The translations under genes and the position numbers were made by a program. This document shows positions 23,976 through 35,570 of a DNA stretch of 42,182 nt, piece by piece. The first letter of the stretch is position 1, and every line of letters starts with the position of its first letter. The notes under the pieces were generated by a model that made no database searches, was not told the DNA's origin, and worked only from the letters and a program-made list of their open reading frames with translations. Source of the stretch: Octopus bimaculoides (Eukaryota); NCBI RefSeq assembly GCF_001194135.2, contig NC_068990.1, positions 33,196,358-33,238,539 of the forward strand, given 5' to 3'.

Positions 23976-24638
23976 GAAAGATGTATTAACCCTCAAATAC
24001 TGGTGGTCTAACATAAAATGTAAACTTTTGTTCTGTTTTCATTACTTCATTTTCACTTCTGTAGTTTAATTGGCTTTGTATTGGTTTTTAAACAATTTTG
24101 AGTTTAAATATTATATCATACTTCACTGAAACTACACTGCATTGATAAGCTGTTCACTTTGTAACTCTGTGGATTTGAGTTCCATCTCATTGAGTAGCAC
24201 CATGGCAAGTGTCTGCATGAAAATGTTGAGCTAAAATCAGAGATGTTTATCAACTTTCCCTGTCAATAAAATAATCCTTTAGCTCTATGTCCATGAGGGT
24301 GCTTGGCTGTTCAAACACCTTAGCCTCACCGCTGCCCATGGTAATGCCACAAGCATGTTGGCTTGCTTCAGTAGGTTCCTGTTGTGGTGTGCACTTGGTG
24401 TTGAATTGGTGTTTTTCCTTTTTTCATCTTTTTTGTTTTTTTTTGTTTTTCTTTTGGAAAGTATAGTCCGTTTCACTGAAATTTTGCAAATTGTAACAAG
24501 CAGAATTTATTTTGACTTTCAAAGACATGTTGAAGGCAAAAGTAGGTATGGGTTAGACAAAGAAAGGGCTACTGGCTGTATAACAATGCTTCAAGGATAT
24601 GTATTTATTCAGCTCATGTTCGCATAGAAAAGCAGATA

Positions 24639-24700
<62 letters not shown>

Positions 24701-24954
24701 TGCATGTGAGCATGTACATGTGTGCATGCATGCGTGTGTGTGCACATGCATGCATGTATGTGTATCAGTGGCATATTGTGGTTGTTGTCTCAAGGCATGC
24801 TGCTGTTCAGAACCGAACACCCTGACATCAATATTTCTTAGAATAACACAAAAAAAAAACCTGTAAGCTATGTCTATGTATATTATGATTTAAAACCTGA
24901 CTTAATTTTTGTTTCTAAGTGTGTATTATAAAGTTTGAAAACAAATTAGGAACA

Positions 24955-25076
24955 TTATTTAGGTCACTGCCTGGAATCGAACTCGGAATCTTAGGGTTAG
25001 TAGCCCGTGCTCTTAACCACTATGCCATATGCCTGTGGGCATATGGTGTGGTTACCTGAGTAATAATAATAATAAT
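24955..25076. mobile_element. Short head-to-head tRNA-derived retroposon with a 12-bp TSD
   Basis: TSD AAATTAGGAACA at 24943-24954 and 25077-25088. Minus-strand A box TGGCATAGTGG and B box GAGTTCGATTCC. Central inverted repeat and (AAT)n tail. Confidence 0.7.
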
Positions 25077-25221
25077 AAATTAGGAACAGTTTATATAAGG
25101 AATTTCAGTATCAGTTAATGCATTTTCCTCAATGTTTTCCACCAGGAAAATGAATACAGGATTTGTGCTGTTCAAACAAGGTTTATGCATGGTTTCTTAT
25201 GTAATTCTTAGGATTAACTGA

Positions 25222-25243
25222 CCAATCATCCAGTGCCACGTCA
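25222..25243 (+). promoter_or_regulatory. Exact ERSE (CCAAT-N9-CCACG) overlapping a UPRE-like CCACGTCA
   Basis: CCAAT 25222-25226, CATCCAGTG, CCACG 25236-25240, TCA. This is a motif match only; no linked gene was identified. Confidence 0.3.
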
Positions 25244-25481
25244 TGATATAGTTTATTGTCAGAGGTACAGGTCTATCACAAAACAACTGCCATAAGTATT
25301 TATATGGTATTTGCCTCACAACACGGTTTTGAACGGGTTATTGTTGACTGAGTTGTAGTATTGTGGTTCGTCTCTAAATTAGTTATATACATATATATTA
25401 TATATTACGAAACTCGTTGCAATGTTATACTGAATTTTACCTGTATGGTTGGAATAATTTTTTATTCCCTAATATTATTAC

Positions 25482-25529
<48 letters not shown>

Positions 25530-25530
<1 letters not shown>

Positions 25531-25680
25531 TGGCATCTTTTAGTTTCTGTCTACTAAATCTACTCAGAAGGCTTTTGTTGGCCTGAGTTATAGTAGAAGA
25601 CACTTGTTCAAAGTGTCACATTGTAGGACTGAACCTGAGATCACGTGGTTAGGAGGTAAAGTTCTCAACCACACTACCAT
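25530..25680 (-). mobile_element. SINE family A, 5' half
   Basis: TTTTAGTTTCTGTCTACTAAATC...TATAGTAGAAGACACTTG...GGACTGAACC...ACCACAC. Confidence 0.7.
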
Positions 25681-25734
25681 GTGTGCGTGTGTGTGCATAA
25701 AGGGCATGGAAATATTCCTTAGTACTGCTATCAC

Positions 25735-25925
25735 AATAAATGCACCCAGTACACTTTGTAAAATGGTTGGTGTTGGAATGGGGAACCAGTCGCAGAAACC
25801 AAGCTAAAATGAAACTTTCAAGTTTGATGTAGTTCTCATCCCCTCACCTAGGTGTCCAGTAATGCCCCATCCAACTCATGGAATGTGGAACCATGATGAT
25901 GATAATGATGATGATGATGATGGTG
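25735..25925 (+). mobile_element. RTE 3' end remnant with (GAT)n tail
   Basis: GCACCCAGTACACTTTGTAAAATGGTTGGTGTTGGAATGGGG...CCATCCAACTCATGG...(GAT)n. Confidence 0.5.
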
Positions 25926-26473
25926 GCATGTGTGTGTATGTATTTATCCAGTCCTGTCCAGAATAATAGAATGCCAGCCAGTCCAGCAATTATGCTTGAT
26001 AGGAAAGATAATGGAAGAAAAAGAAACAACAATAAACAGAAACAACACCACCAATAACAGTAAATATCCGATAAAAACACCACCACCCCCACAGAACCAG
26101 AATGCTGCATCGTTCATCTAAAACTATAATCCCCAAATATTTGATAATGTTACAAATGCAATATGGTTAGGAAATGTGCCAATAAAACTTTTCTCGTAAA
26201 ACCATTATCATAACCATCATCACAGCGTTCATCACTATCAGCATAACAGACCTTGTTCACACAACAACAGTAGACAAGACTAAATTGAGAGGATAATAAA
26301 TAGAAAACATACATAAATATAAACCAATCGACAACACAACTTTCAGACCTCGACCAACTTACTGAGATATGTCTTCTACAACACCTCTATTTAGATAAAT
26401 TTATATCTATAATTTTTGTGTGTCCATGTATGCACGTATTCATGTCTGTGTTTGCATGCATGTGTAAGGATGT

Positions 26474-26507
<34 letters not shown>

Positions 26508-26509
<2 letters not shown>

Positions 26510-26885
26510 GCACAGCACTGTGGTAAGAAGTTTGTTTCCCAATCACAAGGTTTTGGGTTCAGTCTTATTGTGTGGTACTTTGGGCAAGTGTCATCTACTA
26601 TTCTGCTTTAGCTCCAGGCTGACCAAAGCTTTGAGAGTGGATTGGGAAGTTCAAAAGTGAAAGAATCTCATCATATAAATATGCATATGAATATATACAT
26701 GTGAATATATACTTGTGTGCATGTGTGTGTGTGTGTGTGTGTGTGTGCTAAAATCCTTGCCTTGACATCACATGATATTTGTAAATGAGTGTCATCATCA
26801 TCCAAGCTCTGTTCTTTGTTTCCAAGCTTCCATGAAAACATGTCTGATCATGGGGGAGATATTATATTACTTGGAAACAGGTGAC
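26508..26885 (+). mobile_element. SINE with family A head and a different 3' half
   Basis: Family A head and body up to the microsatellite, then a 3' segment (CCTTGACATCACATG...TTGGAAACAGGTGA) unlike the other A copies. Confidence 0.55.
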
Positions 26886-27003
26886 TAGAAGTGTAACCAC
26901 CCTAGAAAATTTGCCTCAACTAATTTCATGTAACTTTTGTGAGCATGGAAAAGTGGACATTAAAAACAACGATGATGATAAGTGTGTGTGTGTGTGTGTG
27001 TGT

Positions 27004-27036
<33 letters not shown>

Positions 27037-28220
27037 TGAGAGAGAGAGAGAGTGAGAGAGAGAGAGAGTGAGTGAGTGAGGGAGTGGAGTGTGTATAGAG
27101 TCAGCAGATGAGATCCAGATATGCTCAATATAGAAAACACTTAGTAGTGCTCAAATAATTTGAACTTAGACTCTGAAATTTATGAAGTCCATGGAAGTGG
27201 CTATAAGAGGAATCCAGGTGAGCTGATATGGAGATAATGATACAAATAAACAAATAAACACACCTAGGCTCCATCTGCCAACATTACAACTATTACATAA
27301 TTCTGAGCCCCCAGAAACAGCTGTATTGGACCTGAAATACCATACCCTCTCCTCTTAGCTTTCTGTATCTTTGTACTTCTTGTAGATCTGTTCTATAATT
27401 TTATATAAATAAATTATATAAATATCTATATGCTTATATATGAATGTTCATCTTCTGAATATTTCTAGTTTTTCTTCTCTTTTATATCTAACTCTTATGA
27501 GACAACATTTTTTGAATAAACTTTGGAAGTGTCAAATGTGTTTGGTATTTTATAGACAAGAAAGAAAATTTTGAATGCAATATGGATGTGAAAACAACAG
27601 AAAGATTGAGTATTTTACTCTTATAAGACAGAAAAGGTTGTTACATTCCAAAATCTATAACCATTTAGCATTAAAATTGACAGTAATTGCTGTCAGGGGG
27701 CTGTTTAGCTTAATGGCAGAGTACTTAGCTGGTATCTAAGGGATTCAGGTTCAAGTCTTGTCACCACCTGCTGGCAACTTTTTCTGGATAAAAATAATCA
27801 ATTTTTCTGCTGTTTTCACAGTTATCCTGCATTCGAAATTTATTTTCTTGTCTGTAAAATATTCCCATATATATTTCCATGAATATATGTTACATGAATA
27901 TATGTATGTATATTTTATATATCAAGCTGATGCATGGTTATTTGTTTATTTGCATCACTATCTCTCTCTCTATATATATATATATATGTATATATAATTA
28001 TCTTAATAGTCATATTTACATGGTGGCATGGGTCAGTCATGTCTGCTTTCAAAACATCACCTTTCCACTTCATACTAGTCCTTCGTCATCACCTTTGTAA
28101 GGCTCAATATCCTGGAGTTATCCTGTCCACCCCTTATGTCACCTTCAGTTTTCCTCTATTGCAAACTCTTTCCATTTTACATTGACATATGTAAATACAT
28201 GTGTGTGTGTGTGCATGTGT

Positions 28221-28255
<35 letters not shown>

Positions 28256-28308
28256 TGTGTACATACACATATACATTTATCTATACAAAAATTGGAAATA
28301 GAGTTTTT

Positions 28309-29040
28309 GACGTTTTAAACAGAATCTTTCTTCGGATGACAGAGAAAATGGAAAAAAAAAAAAAATAAAAAACCAGAGCTTTCATCCTCTATATTAAAGA
28401 ATCTTTCAGCAACTGATAGGGAACACAACAAGTATGAATGTCTAGATAAATAGTGTGAAGTGGGAGAAAGAAATTTGGTAAGGTGCAAGAGAAAGAAAAA
28501 GCAGAGAATCTGGATGATGTTGAAGTAGAAGGAAAATAAAAGCAAGGGAGGACGCAATGAATAAAGCAGAAATTACAGTACAAGAATGAGTTGATGGGGT
28601 AGAAGGAAAGACATTAATTTAAGATGATAGGGGTTATGATTCTGAGTCAGAATATGAAATGGTCTTCCTGGTTTTCTTGAGTGTGAATCTTCACACATGG
28701 TTTGCATAAATTCTGGTCACTGAGAAGTGGGTAATGGAACCCATTGTGCTGAAGTCAGTGGCCAGAGGTTAGTTTGGCATAAGTAGTTATGAATGTGTAC
28801 ATGAGGGCAATTGGCGAAGTAACATAACAACTCATTTCACCAATGTTAAAAGCACCACAGGGTTTGTAAGTGGTGCAATATACGATTATGTCAGATGTAC
28901 TTCAAAAGTTTTGCATACTGTGGTATTGTAACTCAGCTCTGATAATGGTTGTGGCACTGTTGATTGACAAGTGTTGCATTTATGGTGAGTGCATTTAAAG
29001 TGCTTGATTGTGTGTTGCTGGGCGGCATGGAGGTTCTAAG
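28309..29040 (-). mobile_element. Penelope-like element relic 2 (Zn-linker, GIY-YIG, 3' UTR with decayed hammerhead-like motifs)
   Basis: Minus-strand FKCTHHKCNTC (28999-28967), SDIIVYCTTYKPCGAFNIGEMS (~28895-28830) and EDHFIF*LRIITPIILN* (~28672-28615). Confidence 0.7.
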
Positions 29041-29553
29041 AATTTGTAGAGATATATATGTATACTTACTGTCAATACACTCTCTCTCTCTCTCTATCTG
29101 TTTCCCCCTCTCTCTCTCCCCACCCACCTACCTACCTACCTACCTACCTACCTATCTATCTATCTATCTATCTATCTATACGTACATACATACATAATAC
29201 ATACATACATATCTTCACACTATACCACACACCTACATACCTACCTACCCATATACACACACTATCATTTTTTAGACTGTTAATAATATTTTTACCATTC
29301 TTTCATTCTGATCCACTGATCCTCTAAGCACTTTTATATGTATGTGTATATCTGTGTGCATGGGTCTGAGATTTGATTCAAATCATCATAAATCTATGCA
29401 TGTTTAATTTATTTTTTAGCTTCTTAATTAGGAGGAAAGACAACATTCATAACCCTTAAATGTTACAGGGCCTTCAAGGCATGTAGGGTGAAGGAAAGAA
29501 GTTATCTTCAAGCTACAAGATTGACCTAAAGGTTTGCACCAGAGTGAACCTTG

Positions 29554-30298
29554 TTAACCCTTTGAATGTAGAAAGCAGGTATGTTCTCTCAAAATTTTAT
29601 TACCGTTAACTGTGGAAAGCAGTTTTACCCATTACTTTGAAACGGCCTCTCTTTATGCTGCAAGAATCAAAACACCACCAGTAACACTTTTAATAAAAGG
29701 CAACTGTTCAGATTTTCAGAATTTTTTCACATATTTCACCAAATATTTGTTTACAGAGCAAGAGTTAAATAATTTTAGTGGTGGATATGAAAACTGTATG
29801 AGGTGCAGGAGTGGCTGTGTGGTAAGTAGCTTGCTTACCAACTACATGGTTCTGGGTTCAGTCCCATTGCGTGGCATCTTGGGCAAGTGACTTCTACTAT
29901 AGCTTCAGGCCACCCAAAGCCTTGTGAGTAGATTTGGTAGACGGAAATTGAAAGAAGCCCGTCATATATATGTATATATATATGTGTGTGTGTGTCTGTG
30001 TTTGTCCTCCTAGCATTGCTTGACAACCGATGCTGGTGCGTTTATGTCCCCATCACTTAGAGGTTCGGCAAAAGTGACTGATAGAACAAGTGATAAGCTT
30101 ACAAAGAAGAAGTCCAGGTGTCGATTTGCTCGACTAAAAGCGGTGCTCCAGCATGGCCGCAGTCAAATAACTGAAACAAGTAAAAGAGTACTGAAAAAGT
30201 ATTGCAGAAACAGAAAATTTCAACTCTAATTTTTGGCGGATAATTAACATCATTATGAGAATGGTCCCGAAATTCAATTCTGTGATCAAAGGGTTTAA
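29554..30298. mobile_element. Possible TTAA MITE interrupted by SINE A
   Basis: Short inverted ends TTAACCCTTTGA and TCAAAGGGTTTAA. Confidence 0.35.
29801..30190 (+). mobile_element. SINE family A, full length
   Basis: GGAGTGGCTGTGTGGTAAGTAGCTTGCTTACCAAC...GGGTTCAGTCCC...AAAGAAGCCCGTC, microsatellite, ...TGAAACAAGTAAAAGAGTA. Confidence 0.85.
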
Positions 30299-31074
30299 AG
30301 AAAGCCAAGGTTAAACCTGGTGATGAGTTATGTCTACCAATCTAAAACTTGGAATGCTATGAGGCAGAACAACTGCAAAAAGATGTCATTTGAGGTTCTG
30401 AAAATTTGGTCGATCCACTGTTCTGAACTGGTTCTTTATTTTACTGATCCTAAATGTACGAAAGATAGAATGAACTCCAGTAGGGATTGAACTAAGAGTG
30501 AGGAGAGCTGGAACAAATTCTATGAGTCATTTTAACCTTAGTTATAATGCCTGTGCTAATTCATCACCCAAAATATGTGTTGCTGTGTGAATGTGTGTGC
30601 CAGAGTGAGTGGGTGTATGAGTGCGTGTATACATGTGTTGTGTTGTGTGTGTGTGCAAGCAACCAATCAGTATTGATGTATGTCTCACTGTATGCATTTA
30701 TGATGTTTTAAGAAAGAAGGAGTGAGGAGAAGCCCCAAAAAATAAATTGCTTCATTGAAAGAGAACTCATTCTATCTGACGGTAGAAATACTTCTCAGAA
30801 TTGAAATTGTAAACACTGTTCAGTGGTTACAGAAATACAGAATATTGAATTTGAATCACACACACACTGGCATTTATAAGCACTCTTGTCAAAAAGTACA
30901 GTTATACGTGTGTGTCGCTCTATATACACACACATCAAATATCCATATCAAACACACACATATATTTCATATAAGGATACATATAGCATAATACAAAAAT
31001 ATAAATATATGTATGTAAACACAAACATATATGCACATATATATGTAGATGTTAAACGACGATACATATAAAAC

Positions 31075-31139
<65 letters not shown>

Positions 31140-31991
31140 CACACACATATATATATATATAATGTATTATGTAACACATATGCATATATATACATACATA
31201 CACACACACACACACNNNNNNNNNNNNNNNNNNNNNNNNNNNNNNNNNNNNNNNNNNNNNNNNNNNNNNNNNNNNNNNNNNNNNNNNNNNNNNNNNNNNN
31301 NNNNNNNNNNNNNNNNNNNNNNNNNNNNNNNNNNNNNNNNNNNNNNNNNNNNNNNNNNNNNNNNNNNNNNNNNNNNNNNNNNNNNNNNNNNNNNNNNNNN
31401 NNNNNNNNNNNNNNNNNNNNNNNNNNNNNNNNNNNNNNNNNNNNNNNNNNNNNNNNNNNNNNNNNNNNNNNNNNNNNNNNNNNNNNNNNNNNNNNNNNNN
31501 NNNNNNNNNNNNNNNNNNNNNNNNNNNNNNNNNNNNNNNNNNNNNNNNNNNNNNNNNNNNNNNNNNNNNNNNNNNNNNNNNNNNNNNNNNNNNNNNNNNN
31601 NNNNNNNNNNNNNNNNNNNNNNNNNNNNNNNNNNNNNNNNNNNNNNNNNNNNNNNNNNNNNNNNNNNNNNNNNNNNNNNNNNNNNNNNNNNNNNNNNNNN
31701 NNNNNNNNNNNNNNNNNNNNNNNNNNNNNNNNNNNNNNNNNNNNNNNNNNNNNNNNNNNNNNNNNNNNNNNNNNNNNNNNNNNNNNNNNNNNNNNNNNNN
31801 NNNNNNNNNNNNNNNNNNNNNNNNNNNNNNNNNNNNNNNNNNNNNNNNNNNNNNNNNNNNNNNNNNNNNNNNNNNNNNNNNNNNNNNNNNNNNNNNNNNN
31901 NNNNNNNNNNNNNNNNNNNNNNNNNNNNNNNNNNNNNNNNNNNNNNNNNNNNNNNNNNNNNNNNNNNNNNNNNNNNNNNNNNNNNNNNNNN

Positions 31992-32027
<36 letters not shown>

Positions 32028-32502
32028 CGTGTGTGTGTTTTGTGCTTATAATATCTTTGTTCCTGAGAGAGAATATGCAGAACTAAAGACCAGAATTTTA
32101 TATATTTGAGCCATACTTAACTTTTGTACAGATAGAAAGAACAACACTGTCTCTCTCTCTCCATTGACTGTTTATATATTAGAATCTTTTGATGATGGAG
32201 ATTTAGCAGTTAGCTCTAAATTACATCACACACAACAGTGCAAATGAATAAGTTTTATTAGTATGGATGTATAAAAACACTGATTATGTATGGTTAGTTA
32301 TAGAATGGTTTGAAGTGATGGTGGGAAGAATGTTTAGTTAGAGCGGACCAAAGAAGATTTAGAAATTAGAAATAAGTTGTAGTGACAGTCAGATCTAAGA
32401 ATACTGAATATTGCAGATGATTTTGAATTGAAATGAATGGGGACATTTTGATGTTGTACAATTTTATAAGCTACAGCAGCAAGNNNNNNNNNNAGCAAGA
32501 CA

Positions 32503-32632
32503 GTGGTGGTGGATGTGGTGGTGCTGGTGGATGTGGTGGTGGTGGTGGATGTGGTGGTGGTGGTGGATGTGATGGTGGATGTGGTGGTGGATGTGGTTGT
32601 AGTGGTGGTGGATGTGGTTGTAGTGGTGGTGG
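32503..32632. repeat. (GGT)n/GGATGT compound repeat
   Basis: Direct reading. Confidence 0.85.
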
Positions 32633-32824
32633 AAGAAATATAAAACATGTATTTGCAAAACAAAAGTAATTGCTTAATTACTCTAAGTAATACAAATCAA
32701 TTATGAACCTGCAAACATGAGCAATTATGGGGTATCAAGTGAATAAATACTTTATAGTAATATTAAAAATTATTCTTTAATGCAAAACAAATGCAGCAAA
32801 AGTGCTCAATGTAGTGCTCAGACA

Positions 32825-33136
32825 TAGGAGTGGCTGTGTGGTAAGTAGCTTTTTTACGAACCACATGGTTCCGGGTTCAGTCCCACTGTGTGGCACCTTG
32901 GGCAAGTGTCTTCTACTATAGCCTCGGGCCGACCAAAGCCTTGTGAGTGGATTTGGTAGACGGAAACTGAAAGAAGCCCGTCNNNNNNNNNNCTTAGTGG
33001 TTCGGCAAAAGAGACCGATTGAATAAGTACTAGGCTTCCAAATAATAAGTCCTGCGGTCGATTTGCTCGACTAAAAGCGGTGCTCTCGCATGGCCACAGT
33101 CAAATGACTGAAACAAGTAAAAGAGTAAAAAGAGTA
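32825..33136 (+). mobile_element. SINE family A (centre collapsed in a 10-N gap)
   Basis: Highly similar to 35164-35570. Confidence 0.85.
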
Positions 33137-34427
33137 ATTTAAACATATATTATACAGTCATCATTCATTCCAAGTTGGTTGATGATGCATAGCATCAAGA
33201 GTTAATGTTCTTAATTCTCAGTTCAAAGAGATCATAGTTTGGATCAATTTCAGTGTTAGTAATGATATGGAGAAATGAGTTGGCATCTGAAGCAAATATT
33301 TATACTCTTTATTTTTATGCTTCAAGATACAGTTTAAAAGGTATATGTACCATTAAACTATTGCTGAGGTCTATACACCATAATTTTATCAATATTGTAT
33401 ATAAGATTTTAAAATAGAAGAATTTTAAAATAGAAAGTAGTCTTCATGGCTGCAATATTATTTGACCCAGAATACAGTGTCTTTGTACAGAGACTTTAGA
33501 ATCTTGAAGAAAATTTTAAGGACATTTGGGATTATGTTAGGTCTAGTGTAATATTTCAAGGATACACACACACACACTGGAGAGGGGGAAAAAGAGTAAG
33601 GAATAGACAATGAGGAAAAAATTTTCAAGAAAGAAAGAAAAGCTAAGCGGTAAGGGGAGTGAGAGAGAGAGGAAGAGGAAGAGGAGAGGGGGAGAGAGAG
33701 AGAGAGAGAGGAGGAGATGGAGAGAGAGATTATGTGAGAGATAGAAAGAGATGAAGAAGAGAAAGAAGAGGAAAGTAGAAAATAAAATGAAATGCAAGAT
33801 TAATTAAAAGTTATTCAACCTTGTATAGAACATATTGCCTTCAGCTTGTTGTCCCTGGAGGGATGTGATGTTTACAAGTATGCACATATACATTCACATG
33901 TATATCGATCTATGTATGCATGGTTATATTCACACATTCATAAATTCATGCATGCATACATATGTACATACTTACAGACATTCACATATTCATATGTATA
34001 AATACATTAATAAGATATAACCCATAAATATATACATATATAATTACATACAACAAATATGAAAATAAAATTCCAGACAGGATGCACATACTCCATGCTC
34101 TCTCTCTCTCTCTCTTTATCAATGTGTGTGTGTGTGTGTGTATTATACACGCACACACACACATTATAATGTCAGAAGTATATTTAAATATGTAAAGTAT
34201 ATTTGAATATGTTTTACATGGTGCAAGCATTATTTGATATAAAACTCAGTATATTAGGTACAGTGGATAAATATTTTATTTCAGTAATGACATTAGTGAT
34301 ATGTGTGTGTGTGTGTGATCGATACCCACCTCTTTGTCACTCACTATATTCACCCCTATATACTTCTTACTTCCATCTCAGACATTGTCTATCCCCCCCT
34401 CTCTCTCGCCACATTTCACAACATCTT

Positions 34428-34618
34428 ATTTCTCTTTGTAAGCCGAGTACTTATTCCTTTGGGTCTCTTTTGCTGAACAGCTAAGTTACAGGGGCATAAG
34501 TATACCAGCATCTGTTGTCAAGTGATGATGGGAGACAAACAAAGACACACAAATACATACATACATACATACACACACAATGGGCTTCTTTCAATTTCTA
34601 TCTACCAAATCCACTAAC
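34428..34618 (-). mobile_element. SINE family A, internal fragment
   Basis: GTACTTATTC...GGTCTCTTTTGC...TGGGCTTCTTTCAATTTCTATCTACCAAATCCAC. Confidence 0.65.
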
Positions 34619-34654
34619 TGCATTTAACTGCAATTTTATTATACTGTTGCTCTC

Positions 34655-35120
34655 ATCTTCCTCCCTTCATGCACTACCACCCATGACCTCTCTCTCTGAC
34701 CTTTACCTTTACTCCAAACAGAAGTTCACCACTGACCACACTTCCAGCTCTATTCACCATTCACCTCAATCCTCATTTCTAATCATTTATCTCCCTTCTT
34801 TCACACACTTGCAAACCTACTCATCAAGTTAGTCTTGATTCTCTGTCCCTTTTCTCTTTATTTGCCTTGTAACTTGAGGGCATGTTCTGACACCCCATCT
34901 CCACCCTGCTTTTTTATTTTCCAGCTGGAGTAGCCATGTATCTCCTCTGCTGCAAAACACCTCTTAAAACACCTCTTCCAGCCCCTCTATCATACTTTGT
35001 TCTCAAACCAATTTGCACAATGTCCCCTCTTGCGATACTGTACTGCGTACTCAGTTAGAATAGTGGTGGTCTTATATCTTGCCAGCATGGAAAACAGAGG
35101 TTAAATGATGATAATGATGA
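34655..35120 (+). mobile_element. RTE 3' UTR remnant with (GAT)n tail
   Basis: Pyrimidine-rich tract ending GCCAGCATGGAAAACAGAGGTTAAATGATGATAATGA, as at 11665-11723. Confidence 0.5.
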
Positions 35121-35163
35121 TTATCGTACGCTGAAGAAGGGAAATAACCCTGAAACTCGGGTC
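35118..35163 (+). ncRNA. Hammerhead ribozyme 5' fragment ending at the GUC cleavage triplet
   Basis: TGATTATCGTACG-CTGAAGA-AGGG(AAATAA)CCCT-GAAA-CTCGGG-TC is 37/46 identical to the minus-strand motif at 15510-15555. The 3' strand of stem I is absent. Confidence 0.75.
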
Positions 35164-35337
35164 ATAGGTGTAGGAGTGGCTGTGTGGTAAGTAGCTTGCT
35201 TACCAACCACATGGTTCCGGGTTCAGTCTCACTGCGTGGCACCTTGGGCAAGTGTCTTCTACTATAGCCTCGGGCCGACCAAAGCCTTGTGAGTGGATTT
35301 GGTAGCCGGAAACTAAAAGAAGCCCGTCGTATATATG

Positions 35338-35368
<31 letters not shown>

Positions 35369-35570
35369 TTGTGTGTCTGTGTTTGTTCCCCTAGCATTGC
35401 TTGACAACCGATGCTGGTGTGTTTACGTCCCCGTAACTTAGCGGTTCAGCAAAAGAGACCGATAGAATAAGTACTAGGCTCACAAAGAATAAGTCCTGGG
35501 GTCGATTTGCTCAACTAAAGGTGGTGCTACAGCATGGCCACAGTCAAATGACTGAAACAAATAAAAGAAT
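35164..35570 (+). mobile_element. SINE family A, full length, low divergence
   Basis: Complete head, central (TA/TG)n, 3' half and A-rich end. Confidence 0.9.

Noticed and set aside
24962-25033. tRNA-Ser(ACT) gene
   Set aside because: The acceptor stem and T-stem do not pair, and it is flanked by a TSD and tail. I treat it as a retroposon.
26363-26386. Possible 24-nt minus-strand exon with a GTAAGT donor
   Set aside because: Poor pyrimidine tract and no recognisable product.
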